30,559 bases of DNA from a virus (lineage: Duplodnaviria; Caudoviricetes), in IMG/VR virus record IMGVR_UViG_3300005805_000312, positions 1 to 30,559 of that record. One strand, 5' to 3'. A program made the position numbers and the translations under genes. Of the stretch, positions 7,964 to 16,705 are shown piece after piece (position 1 is the stretch's first letter; the number at the start of each line of letters is the position of its first letter). Below the pieces are notes generated by a model. That model saw only the letters and a program-made list of their open reading frames with translations. It did not search any database and had not been told where the DNA came from.

Positions 7964-10561
7964 ATGGCAGAAACCACCGTCACCCAACAGATCGTCTCTG
8001 AATCCCCAGAGATCGAGGCCTATAAAAAGCAGCTTCTGGCTGAAGCTCAGAAGCTCGCTTTTAACGTCGATCGAACTCCTTTATCGCAACAGCTCCCGCA
8101 GTATCAGGTTGCGGGCTTTTCTCCTGCTCAACAGGCCGCCATCACGGCTGCCACTCAGCAGGGTATTGGGGCGTTCAACCCCTACATGACAGCGGCCAAC
8201 ACGGCCCTGGGCAGCGCATTCACGACAACGGGCGAAGCGGCAGATGTTCTGCGGGGCGCGGACACGCGCCGCCAGTTCACGGACGCGCAAACCGCCATGA
8301 GCCAGGCCGGCGGTGCTACCGCAGGCATCACCTCGGGCCTTGGGCAGTTGTCCGCTGCCACTGGCTACACCGATCCGAAGACCGGTGCATACGTCCCGGG
8401 CTACCTGGACATTGCCGGTCAGCGCGCACTGGCTTCAGACACCTCGGCTCGCTTCACGCCGGCCTTCCAGGACATCAACACGGGCATCGGATCGCTGGCC
8501 ACGGCCCAGAACATGGCGGCGTTGTCCAGTCAAGCGGACCTGCGCCCGGCCACAGCGGCGATGGGACAAGGGCTCACGGGCCTGACCGAAGCCCAGCGCA
8601 TGGCGGCCCTGTCCTCCGGTGCTGACTTTGCCGGGTCGCAGGCACTTCTTGGGCGCGCGGCTTTGTCCACCCAAGGCGCGGTGCCGGATTTTGCTGCTGC
8701 TGAACTGGCAACGCGCCAGGGTCTTGGCCAGGCCGGCACGGCAGCTCAAATGGCAGAGAGAGCGGCCCAGCAACCGGGCTTCGCGCAACAGGGCCAGTAT
8801 CTGGACTTGGCAGGGCTCTCGGCCGCTCAGGCCGGCCCTTCGGACTTCACGGGCGCTGCACAGCGCCTGGGCGCAGCAGGTGACACCGCCGCGTTGGCCT
8901 CGCAACAGGCCGCACGGGCGGCGCAGCAAGGTGGCTTTGGCGCAGGCGTCGCTAATGCGTTGGACGCCGCCGAGCAGGCTCGCCTGGCTGCGGCGCAGCC
9001 CGGTTTTGAAGCCGCTGGTCGCACGCTCCAACAGGGCCTTGCCCAACTGGGGGGTGCCGCACAGGGCTATAACCCGCAGGCTGCCCAAGCCTTCATGAAC
9101 CCGTACCAGCAGCAGGTGATCGACGAGACTATGCGTCAGATCAACCGCCAAGGCGCGATTGCACAACAGGGCTTGGCGGCTCAGGCAGTGCGAGCGGGTG
9201 CATTTGGCGGCGAGCGCGAAGGCGTTCAGCGCGCCGAGATGGAGCGCAACCTGATGGATCAGCGCGCCAGCACAATCGCCAACCTCCTGTCGCAGGGCTA
9301 CAGTCAGGCGCAGGCGCAGTCCATGGCTGCCTTCGAGCAACAGCAGCAGCGTCAAGCACAGACTGCACAAGGAATTGGCCAGCTTGGTAGCCAACAGGCT
9401 GCTCTCGCAGCGCAACAAGCTGGGCTGGGCCAAAGCGCGGCGCAGCAGCTTGCCCAAGCCGCACAACTGCAGACTCAGGCCGCTGGCCAGCAGGGGCAGT
9501 TGGGCTTGCAGGCCGCGCAGCAGCGCTTCCAGCAGGCTGGATTCGACGCCCAGACCGCTATGCAACTGGCGCAACTGCAACAAACGCAGCAAACGCAAGC
9601 AGCGCAGCAGTCGCAGCTCTTGTCCGGCATCGGACAGCTCTACGGGCAGCAGGCTCAGGCCCAGGGCGCGCTTGGGCAACAGGCCGCTCAGACCGCCATG
9701 CAACAGGCCCAGCTTGGTCTGCAGGGCGGCGCACAGCTTGGCCAGTTCCAGGCCCAGGGCGCACAGCTTGGCCAATCGGCTGCCGGTCAACTTGCCAACA
9801 TCGGCTCGACCGTCGGGCAGCAGGCCGCACAACAAGCCCAGCTTGGGCAGGCGGCTGCAGGCCTGTATGGCAACCTTGCACAGCAGCAAATCGCCGGTGG
9901 CCAGGGCCTTGGGCAGTTGGGCGTGCAACAGGCTCAGTTGGGCCAGAGCGCGGCCAACATTTACCAGCAAGCCGCACAGCAGTACGGCAACCTTGCGTCA
10001 CAGCAGGGCGCGCTGGCGGGCCAGGAAGCCGCGATCAACCAGAACATCTCCAACCTGATGCTGCAGCAGGCCGGCGCTCGCCAACAGGCCGCGCAGGGCA
10101 TTGCAGGCATCTATGGCCAGCAGGCACAGCAGTTCCAAAATCTGGGCCAGGGCATCGGCCAGTTGGCCGGACAGCAATTCAACATCGGACAGGCGACCGC
10201 GCAGGGCCTCGGACAGTTGGCCGGGCAGCTTGGTCAGCTCGGCGTGCAGCAAGGCGCGCTGGGACAGACCGCGCAGGCGCTACAGCAGGGCGACATCAAC
10301 TTCCTGTACAACGTCGGCCAGTCCGAGCAGGCGCTCAGTCAGCAGCTCCTGGACGCGCAACGTGCCAACACGCTGCAGACGGTCTACGCGCCTTACCAGC
10401 AGGCCGCGTTCCTGTCCGACATCTACCGTGGCGCGCCGTCCACGCAGATGTCCACGCAAGCAGTCAGCCAGCCTTCGGCAAGCCCCTTCCAGCAGGCGGT
10501 GGGCATTGGCCTGGGCGCGCTGGCCACGGCAGCCGGTGCGAAGAAGGCGGGACTTTTCTAA
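7964..10561 (+). CDS. Putative DNA pilot/ejection protein 2, Gln/Ala/Gly-rich helical repeats
   Basis: 865 aa. Non-repetitive core FMNPYQQQVID...AGAFGG flanked by long pseudo-repeats. Hydrophobic C-terminal tail (AVGIGLGALATAAG). Confidence 0.65.
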   Translation: MAETTVTQQIVSESPEIEAYKKQLLAEAQKLAFNVDRTPLSQQLPQYQVAGFSPAQQAAITAATQQGIGAFNPYMTAANTALGSAFTTTGEAADVLRGADTRRQFTDAQTAMSQAGGATAGITSGLGQLSAATGYTDPKTGAYVPGYLDIAGQRALASDTSARFTPAFQDINTGIGSLATAQNMAALSSQADLRPATAAMGQGLTGLTEAQRMAALSSGADFAGSQALLGRAALSTQGAVPDFAAAELATRQGLGQAGTAAQMAERAAQQPGFAQQGQYLDLAGLSAAQAGPSDFTGAAQRLGAAGDTAALASQQAARAAQQGGFGAGVANALDAAEQARLAAAQPGFEAAGRTLQQGLAQLGGAAQGYNPQAAQAFMNPYQQQVIDETMRQINRQGAIAQQGLAAQAVRAGAFGGEREGVQRAEMERNLMDQRASTIANLLSQGYSQAQAQSMAAFEQQQQRQAQTAQGIGQLGSQQAALAAQQAGLGQSAAQQLAQAAQLQTQAAGQQGQLGLQAAQQRFQQAGFDAQTAMQLAQLQQTQQTQAAQQSQLLSGIGQLYGQQAQAQGALGQQAAQTAMQQAQLGLQGGAQLGQFQAQGAQLGQSAAGQLANIGSTVGQQAAQQAQLGQAAAGLYGNLAQQQIAGGQGLGQLGVQQAQLGQSAANIYQQAAQQYGNLASQQGALAGQEAAINQNISNLMLQQAGARQQAAQGIAGIYGQQAQQFQNLGQGIGQLAGQQFNIGQATAQGLGQLAGQLGQLGVQQGALGQTAQALQQGDINFLYNVGQSEQALSQQLLDAQRANTLQTVYAPYQQAAFLSDIYRGAPSTQMSTQAVSQPSASPFQQAVGIGLGALATAAGAKKAGLF

Positions 10562-10570
10562 GGGGTCACG

Positions 10571-12658
10571 ATGAAAGACAAAGCAATGAACGAGATGCCG
10601 GAAACCGAGAACGTCGGCATCATGCAAGGGTTTCTCGACTCCTTAAACGAGGAGGGCGACGACGAGCTCGACGACGACGGCTATGGGGCCGAGATGATGT
10701 TGGAGCGTCGCCCGGATTCGCCCGAAATCCTCATGAACAACCTTCGTGGCGACATGCGCTCGATCGATGCGCGTCGCGACGAACTGGCCGACCTCGTGGG
10801 ATACGAGGTCGCCGCCGAGACGCCGGAGCCGGTGCTCGCGATGCTGCAGCCCATTCTCGCCCAAGGCGGCGGGATTGGCGCGCTGCCGCAATCAGGGCCC
10901 CTGGCTCAAGGGCCACAGCCCCCTCTGGGCATGCCTCCTGGGGTACCCCCTGGGGGCGCAATGCCTCCTCCGCCCCAGCAGGGTGGCATCGCAGCGCTGC
11001 TCGCAGGAGCTGGCGGCGGTGCCCCACCCGGTCCGCCTCCTGGAGCGCCGCCACTTCCCAATCCCGCCACACCAGCGGGGCCGGGAGCACCGGTTGGCAT
11101 GGCCAGAGGGGGCCCGGTAGTCGTCCAAAATTTTCAGGCGGGGTCCGATGAGGAGGGCGTGTCCCCCGCAAACCAGAGCGCACCGCTCTACTCTCCTGAC
11201 ATGGTCAATGCGGCTGAAGCCATGAGCCGTGAGCTCTTGGCACGGCGCCCTGCTCCTACGCCAAGCCTGGACACACTGATGCAACAGCGTCTGCCCCAGT
11301 ATCAAAAAATCCTGGGCGAGAACGCCGGGTTGTCGCAGGCGCAACTTTTGTTTGAACTGGGACAGCGGGCGTTCAACTTTGCTGGCAACGTCGATGATGC
11401 GGGCCGACCGCTGCGTGGGGGCTTCTTCAGCCGCGCGGCCCAAGCATCACGGACCTTGCCTGCTTCGATGAGCAAGTTCATCTCCGAAGCGGACCGTCAG
11501 CAGCGCCAGCTCAAGCTGCTGGCCATGCAGGCAGCCGAGAAGGACATCGATCAGGTTACCGCCGCGAACCAGGCGCTGACCCGAGAGCAGCGTGCTCTGG
11601 CAACCGAGATCGTCAAAGGGGAAGCCAAGCGCAAAGCAGAGGCTGCTAAGGCGCTCGGCATTTCTCTGTTCGGCAAGGGCGACTGGGAGTGGAACATCAT
11701 CAACCAGCCTAACCTGCTCGCGCGTTGGGCCAGTGGACAGACAAACGAAACAGAGAACGGGTTGATCCAGTCCGCTTTTGTCAAGCTACGGACAGCAACC
11801 ACTTACCAGGGGCCAGACCCCAACAATCCGTCACAGATCATCAACTTTACCCGGCGCGGTGAGGTCCCTGAGAATGCCTTGAAGTTTGAGGCCATGCGTC
11901 GCCAGTTTGAGAGGACTGGAAAGCCGGCAGCGGCTGCGGTCAATGCGGCACCGGTCGATCCGTCGCCCGGCTCCCCGGCAGCGGTTAATATCCGCCCTGC
12001 TCCTGGCACTGGTGATGCAGCGGCGGTCGCTACCGCTCCCGTTGGCGCTCCACTCTCCGCTGGTGGCGGACAAGCCACGCCTGGTGGACAGGGTGAGGGC
12101 AGCGCAGGACCCGCAGCTACACCAGCGGCACCCGCTATCAAGCCGATCTCCCTCTGGCGCGACCGTTTCCATATCACAGGCCCTGTGTCTGGTGGAATGG
12201 CTGCAGTGACCAGTATTCCTGGCTTGGGCGATCCGCTGGAGTACGTCACCAAGTCTCGCCAAGATGCACGCTTGTACTCTGAGCGCCTGATTGAGGCACT
12301 GCTCAAGAGCACGGCCGGTAGCCTCAAAGAGCAAGAGCGCCTCCGTAAGGTCATTGACATCGTGCCGTCGCTCACTGCTGATCCAGACGCATACGGAACC
12401 AAGCTGGTCTCGTTGGGCAATGCGATCCGCGAAACAATTCGCGAGAACATGGATACCTACAACAACCAGCGCGTGAAGAACGAAGATCGACTGTTGGCGA
12501 TCAAGAAGGCACAGGAGCTGCAGAAAATTTACAACCAGCTTGACCTGCCCCCGATTGTCTACACCGAGGAAGAGGCAGATCGCCTGTTCAAGGCAGGTCA
12601 TCCGGAGGTGTTATGGCACGGCCTGGTACCGATTCGTACACGGCAGGGTAAAAAATAG
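10571..12658 (+). CDS. Putative internal virion/ejection protein 3
   Basis: Acidic N-terminal domain, Pro/Gly linker, MARGG motif and coiled-coil body. Located in the large-gene cluster after the tail genes. Confidence 0.6.
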   Translation: MKDKAMNEMPETENVGIMQGFLDSLNEEGDDELDDDGYGAEMMLERRPDSPEILMNNLRGDMRSIDARRDELADLVGYEVAAETPEPVLAMLQPILAQGGGIGALPQSGPLAQGPQPPLGMPPGVPPGGAMPPPPQQGGIAALLAGAGGGAPPGPPPGAPPLPNPATPAGPGAPVGMARGGPVVVQNFQAGSDEEGVSPANQSAPLYSPDMVNAAEAMSRELLARRPAPTPSLDTLMQQRLPQYQKILGENAGLSQAQLLFELGQRAFNFAGNVDDAGRPLRGGFFSRAAQASRTLPASMSKFISEADRQQRQLKLLAMQAAEKDIDQVTAANQALTREQRALATEIVKGEAKRKAEAAKALGISLFGKGDWEWNIINQPNLLARWASGQTNETENGLIQSAFVKLRTATTYQGPDPNNPSQIINFTRRGEVPENALKFEAMRRQFERTGKPAAAAVNAAPVDPSPGSPAAVNIRPAPGTGDAAAVATAPVGAPLSAGGGQATPGGQGEGSAGPAATPAAPAIKPISLWRDRFHITGPVSGGMAAVTSIPGLGDPLEYVTKSRQDARLYSERLIEALLKSTAGSLKEQERLRKVIDIVPSLTADPDAYGTKLVSLGNAIRETIRENMDTYNNQRVKNEDRLLAIKKAQELQKIYNQLDLPPIVYTEEEADRLFKAGHPEVLWHGLVPIRTRQGKK

Positions 12659-12672
12659 GGCTGAGGACGACC

Positions 12673-15600
12673 ATGGCAGAACAAGACCAAACGACATCTG
12701 GTGGCGTCCCACCGGTTCCAGAGCGCTTCGAGGCGGTGCCTCGTGGGCTGGCTTCCGACCAGGTTGGCGGTGTGCCGCTTCCACGCATGCTGGTTGAGCC
12801 GTTTCGCTCGCCGGTGCCGGCCGTTCCTGAGCAGTTCACTACCTCTCGTCCTGGAACGCTAGAACGTGCAGGAGAGGTAGCCACTGGCGTGGTCCAGGGC
12901 GCAGTGAAGTATGGCCCTGCCACAGCAGGCATGGTCATGGGCGCGAAAGCCGGCGCGGCCGCTGCTCCGTTCACCGGCCCACTCGCTCCCGCGATGCCTT
13001 TTATTGGGGGCGCTGCTGGTCTGGTCGGCGGCTACTTCCTGGGCGAGCAACTCGACGACCTCTTTCCCGCACCGTCGCGTGAGGACCTGGTGCCTTTTCG
13101 CGAAGGCGGAATCACGGCTGGTGGTGTTCTGAGCTCGGCTCCCGCTGCATTCTTCATGCGCGGGGATCAGGCTACTCGGGTCGGCCGTCTCATCGACTAC
13201 ATGGGCCGCACGGCTCGTGCGCGTCCGGCCACTTACCTTGGCGTGGAGTCCCTGACCGCCGCGACCACAGGTGCCGCAGGCGGCGCTGCAGAAGGGTATT
13301 TTCCTGGCCAAGCTGGACCCCGCTTTGGCGCGGAGCTCACGGCCTCGGTCTTCACGCCCGGCCGGTTCCTCATCAACACCGCTACCACCGCTTACGACGG
13401 CCTGAAGAACGTCGTGCGCAACGCGCGCGACCCGCAGGCGCTGCAGTTCAAGCAGGCCAATGCGTTGTACAACGTGCTGGATCGCGTGCTGGCCGAAGTG
13501 CCGGCCATCAAGCAGCTTGAGGAGCTCGGAACGCCGCAAGCGGTGCAGCAGGCTCAGGCCCTGCGTGAGCGTTACTACAAAAACCTGATCCGTGACCTGG
13601 AGAAGGTTGCGCCCGGACGCGCCGGTATTGATGCTGCACGGCCCACGGCTGCGCAGAAGACGGGCGATCTGGGCCTGTCGATCCTGGAACTCTCACTGGC
13701 TAAGGGCGACAAGGCCTTTGGTTCCGTGGTGCAGCAGCAGGGCTTGGATGCCATGCGCGCCAATCAGCTCTTGATTGACGCGATGAACAACGTCCCCGAC
13801 CAGAAGTTTCTGGCTCAGGCTGCCCAGATGCAGGCGCAGCTCTACGACCAAATGGTGGCGGGACGCCTGGGTATTGCCGAGCGCAACGCGGCCGACGCTG
13901 CACGGGCCATCAACCTGAACAACCCGCAGTCGCGCCGCGCTGTCGGCGAGGTCGTCAAGCGCGAAGTGCAGACGGCCTTGGATGAAGCTCGCGACTACGA
14001 GAAGCTCTTGTGGAACGACGCGATCCGAAGCACCGCTTTGCGGACCGTCCCCAGTGGCGCACGCAAGGGCCAGGTCGTGGAACGTGAGCTGGTGCCCAAG
14101 CAACTCCTGCGCTCGTATCTGGACGAGATCAGCGGCATGACGATGGAGCGTGCCACGGCAGGCATGCCCGCCGAAATCAAGGCCATCATGACGCGCCTGG
14201 GCATCACCCAGGAATCCATCGCGGCCTACCAAAAGGGCAAGCTCACCCAGCAGTACTTCGACACGGGCGTTGTTCCGGACGAGTACCTCATTGCCGGCAT
14301 TGAGACGCTGAAGAATGGCAAGACTCGGGTCATCCCGCTGGGCAACCGGACCACGGTCCAGGACCTGATCAACATCCGCAGCGACATGCTCGCGTTTGCT
14401 CGTGATGCGGCTGCCGGTACTGCCAACCGCAATCCGTCCGATGCCCGCTTCTTTGGCCGACTGGCCGAGGGTGCACTGGACGATCTGCAGACGCTCAACA
14501 GCGCGGTGTACGACAAGGCCCGGGCGTTCTCCAAGTCGCTCAATGACACCTTCCGTCGCACCTACGCCAACCAGGTCACGGCCGTCGAGCGCAGCGGCGC
14601 GGACAAGATTCCTGCGGAGATTCTGGTCAGCCGTGCATTCGGCCGTGACTCGGACGTCACTGCCCTGCGCATGGACCAAATCGAAGGCGCGGTCGGCTTC
14701 TTCAAGAAGGCCTACGATGACGCCGTTGCACAGTTTGGACCGAACAGCCGTCAGGCACTAGAGCTGCGGGATATGGCCGCTGCTTCTGGCGCACGCATGT
14801 CCTCGGTATCGGAGGCCATGGAAAAGGCGCTGCGCGTCGCGGCAACGAATCCGACCATCGTTAATCCGCAGACGGGGCGCGTTGACCCCCAGAACCTGGC
14901 CAACTGGATGGCGCGTAACCAAGAGGTGCTCAAGCCCTTCGGCTCGCTGACCAATGATCTCAAGAATGCTCTGGACGCTGAGAACGCCTTCAAGGCGCTT
15001 GGTGATCCCAACAGTGCCGTCAACAAGCAGGTGCGTGAGCAACAGGCGTTTGCTGCGCTGCTGCCCGGCGGAGAGCGCCCCACCTACGCCGTTACGGCCG
15101 TCCTAAATGGCCCCAACCCCGTGTCTGGGATGCGCAAGCTGGCGGACGTCGCAAAGAACACCAAACAAGGGGGCGGCCAGCCTGCGATTGACGGCCTGAA
15201 GTCTTCGCTGCTGGAGTACGCCTACGCTAGGGCAGGCGGAACTTCGACTGGCAAGTTCAGCATTCAGGCGTTTGACGATGCGCTGTTCCAGCCCCTGGCT
15301 CCCGGACAGCCTTCCATCGTCAACATCATGCGCGCCAATGGCCTGATGTCGCTGACCGAGATCAAGAACCTGCGCCGCGTGATGGACCCGATGAAGAAGG
15401 TCGAGTCCGCGATGGGAAACAGGGTCTACCTGGACCAGGTCATTGAAGGTGCAGGACCGGTTGGAGACCTGGCGGTCCGCATGTTGGCTCTGCACGGCAG
15501 CGCAGGAGTTGTTCCTGAGGGTCCCGGCTCCCTGGCCGCAGCCAGCGCCATCTCTCGGGCCGCCAGGGACGTCTTCAACCAACTGCCTCGGGTCAACGCC

Positions 15601-16047
15601 CTGGCCGCGCTCAAGGAAACGATCCAGGACCCGCAGTTGACCGCTGCGCTGCTGCGCACGGGCCGCACGGATGCGGAAAAGCGGGCCATCGTCCAGAACT
15701 TGAGGGATCGGATGTCCGCTGCTGGCCTGATCCTGCAGGTCGGACCACGGACCGCGATCCCTGCTGGCAATGTCATGCCGGAGGCTCGCGAGGACACCAC
15801 CCAGCGCCGCAACGAAGCTGCCCAGATGCTGCGTCGTCTGCCTGGCCCAGCGCCGGCCACACGCGGTGTGCCGGGCATGCCGTCAGGTGGTCAGGCTCCT
15901 GGTGGTGCAAAGCCGCCAGGCCCGCAGAGTCAGGCACCAACCGGCGGACCGACCCAAAGCCGCGCCATGCTGCAGTCGCTCTTCCCGTTTGACTCGATCA
16001 GCGCGATGGCGGCGCAGGGTCAGCCGCAGCAGCCTCCGCCCGCTTGA
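12673..16047 (+). CDS. Putative large internal virion/ejection protein 4
   Basis: 1124 aa, RBS GAGGA. N-terminal Gly-zipper-like hydrophobic segments and a mostly helical body. Last gene of the late arm. Confidence 0.6.
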   Translation: MAEQDQTTSGGVPPVPERFEAVPRGLASDQVGGVPLPRMLVEPFRSPVPAVPEQFTTSRPGTLERAGEVATGVVQGAVKYGPATAGMVMGAKAGAAAAPFTGPLAPAMPFIGGAAGLVGGYFLGEQLDDLFPAPSREDLVPFREGGITAGGVLSSAPAAFFMRGDQATRVGRLIDYMGRTARARPATYLGVESLTAATTGAAGGAAEGYFPGQAGPRFGAELTASVFTPGRFLINTATTAYDGLKNVVRNARDPQALQFKQANALYNVLDRVLAEVPAIKQLEELGTPQAVQQAQALRERYYKNLIRDLEKVAPGRAGIDAARPTAAQKTGDLGLSILELSLAKGDKAFGSVVQQQGLDAMRANQLLIDAMNNVPDQKFLAQAAQMQAQLYDQMVAGRLGIAERNAADAARAINLNNPQSRRAVGEVVKREVQTALDEARDYEKLLWNDAIRSTALRTVPSGARKGQVVERELVPKQLLRSYLDEISGMTMERATAGMPAEIKAIMTRLGITQESIAAYQKGKLTQQYFDTGVVPDEYLIAGIETLKNGKTRVIPLGNRTTVQDLINIRSDMLAFARDAAAGTANRNPSDARFFGRLAEGALDDLQTLNSAVYDKARAFSKSLNDTFRRTYANQVTAVERSGADKIPAEILVSRAFGRDSDVTALRMDQIEGAVGFFKKAYDDAVAQFGPNSRQALELRDMAAASGARMSSVSEAMEKALRVAATNPTIVNPQTGRVDPQNLANWMARNQEVLKPFGSLTNDLKNALDAENAFKALGDPNSAVNKQVREQQAFAALLPGGERPTYAVTAVLNGPNPVSGMRKLADVAKNTKQGGGQPAIDGLKSSLLEYAYARAGGTSTGKFSIQAFDDALFQPLAPGQPSIVNIMRANGLMSLTEIKNLRRVMDPMKKVESAMGNRVYLDQVIEGAGPVGDLAVRMLALHGSAGVVPEGPGSLAAASAISRAARDVFNQLPRVNALAALKETIQDPQLTAALLRTGRTDAEKRAIVQNLRDRMSAAGLILQVGPRTAIPAGNVMPEAREDTTQRRNEAAQMLRRLPGPAPATRGVPGMPSGGQAPGGAKPPGPQSQAPTGGPTQSRAMLQSLFPFDSISAMAAQGQPQQPPPA

Positions 16048-16705
16048 CGCGCTCCCACCAGCCGGCCTTGTAGTCCTCAAACTCTCGGCCGGCTGTCGTG
16101 AACTCCTGCGTCGTGCCGTCCTGTACGGCCACCAAAATCGCGGCGAATTCGATGTTCGTGCTGAACATCCGATCGTGCGCACAGGCATAGGCCGCGAGCT
16201 GGTGGTAGTAGTCCGTGATCCACTCGTGGCGCTTGGGCTTCACGGACTGTTTGAAGTCCACGATCGCCAGCTTGCCCCGGTACTCCGCCACCATGTCCGT
16301 GGTCCCCGCATAGCGGTCGTCGTAGTGCAGGGCCACTTCTGACCCATAGACGACATCGATGTAGGGGAAGTAGGTGCGGATGAGCGAAAAGGCCATGTGC
16401 TGGCCGCGCAAGGCCATCCAATCCTGGCCCAAGGTCAACGGCTCATCGGCCAAGAACATCTCGATCACTTCGTGCATGCAGGTGCCCACATAGGCCGCAT
16501 CACGCTTGATCCGTTCGGCCTCCTCGTGGCCTACGCGATCGGCCCACTCCTTGAGCTTGCCCTTGTCCTTGGTGCGATCCAAGATAGTTGTGACCGACGT
16601 CACTGCCTCGAAGCCCGGAACCTTGTAGTGGCGGCCCGTGCTGCCGTCTACACGGGCGATTGTGGGGTACTGGTAGCGATCGCGTTGCCGAATCAGATGA
16701 GCCAT
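15998..16705 (-). CDS. PD-(D/E)XK exonuclease (lambda-exo/Cas4-like phage family)
   Basis: SVTTIL, GTxMH, E..YAGTTD, IVDFKQS and QLAAYA motifs. Confidence 0.88.
   Translation of the reverse strand: MAHLIRQRDRYQYPTIARVDGSTGRHYKVPGFEAVTSVTTILDRTKDKGKLKEWADRVGHEEAERIKRDAAYVGTCMHEVIEMFLADEPLTLGQDWMALRGQHMAFSLIRTYFPYIDVVYGSEVALHYDDRYAGTTDMVAEYRGKLAIVDFKQSVKPKRHEWITDYYHQLAAYACAHDRMFSTNIEFAAILVAVQDGTTQEFTTAGREFEDYKAGWWERVKRAEAAAADPAPPSR

Noticed and set aside
8435-9970. 511-aa minus-strand ORF and other long alternative ORFs inside the Gln-rich gene
   Set aside because: Shadow of CAG/GCG-rich codons on the coding strand (Leu-rich mirror). No RBS or recognisable motif.
9340-10290. Repetitive DNA considered as a CRISPR array, DGR repeat or VNTR
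   Set aside because: The repeats are degenerate and codon-phased protein repeats. No constant repeat-spacer structure, no adenine-specific variant pair, and no reverse transcriptase.
15998-16705. Cas4-like nuclease as a sign of a CRISPR system
   Set aside because: No array or other cas genes and no four-Cys Fe-S motif. This is an ordinary phage exonuclease.
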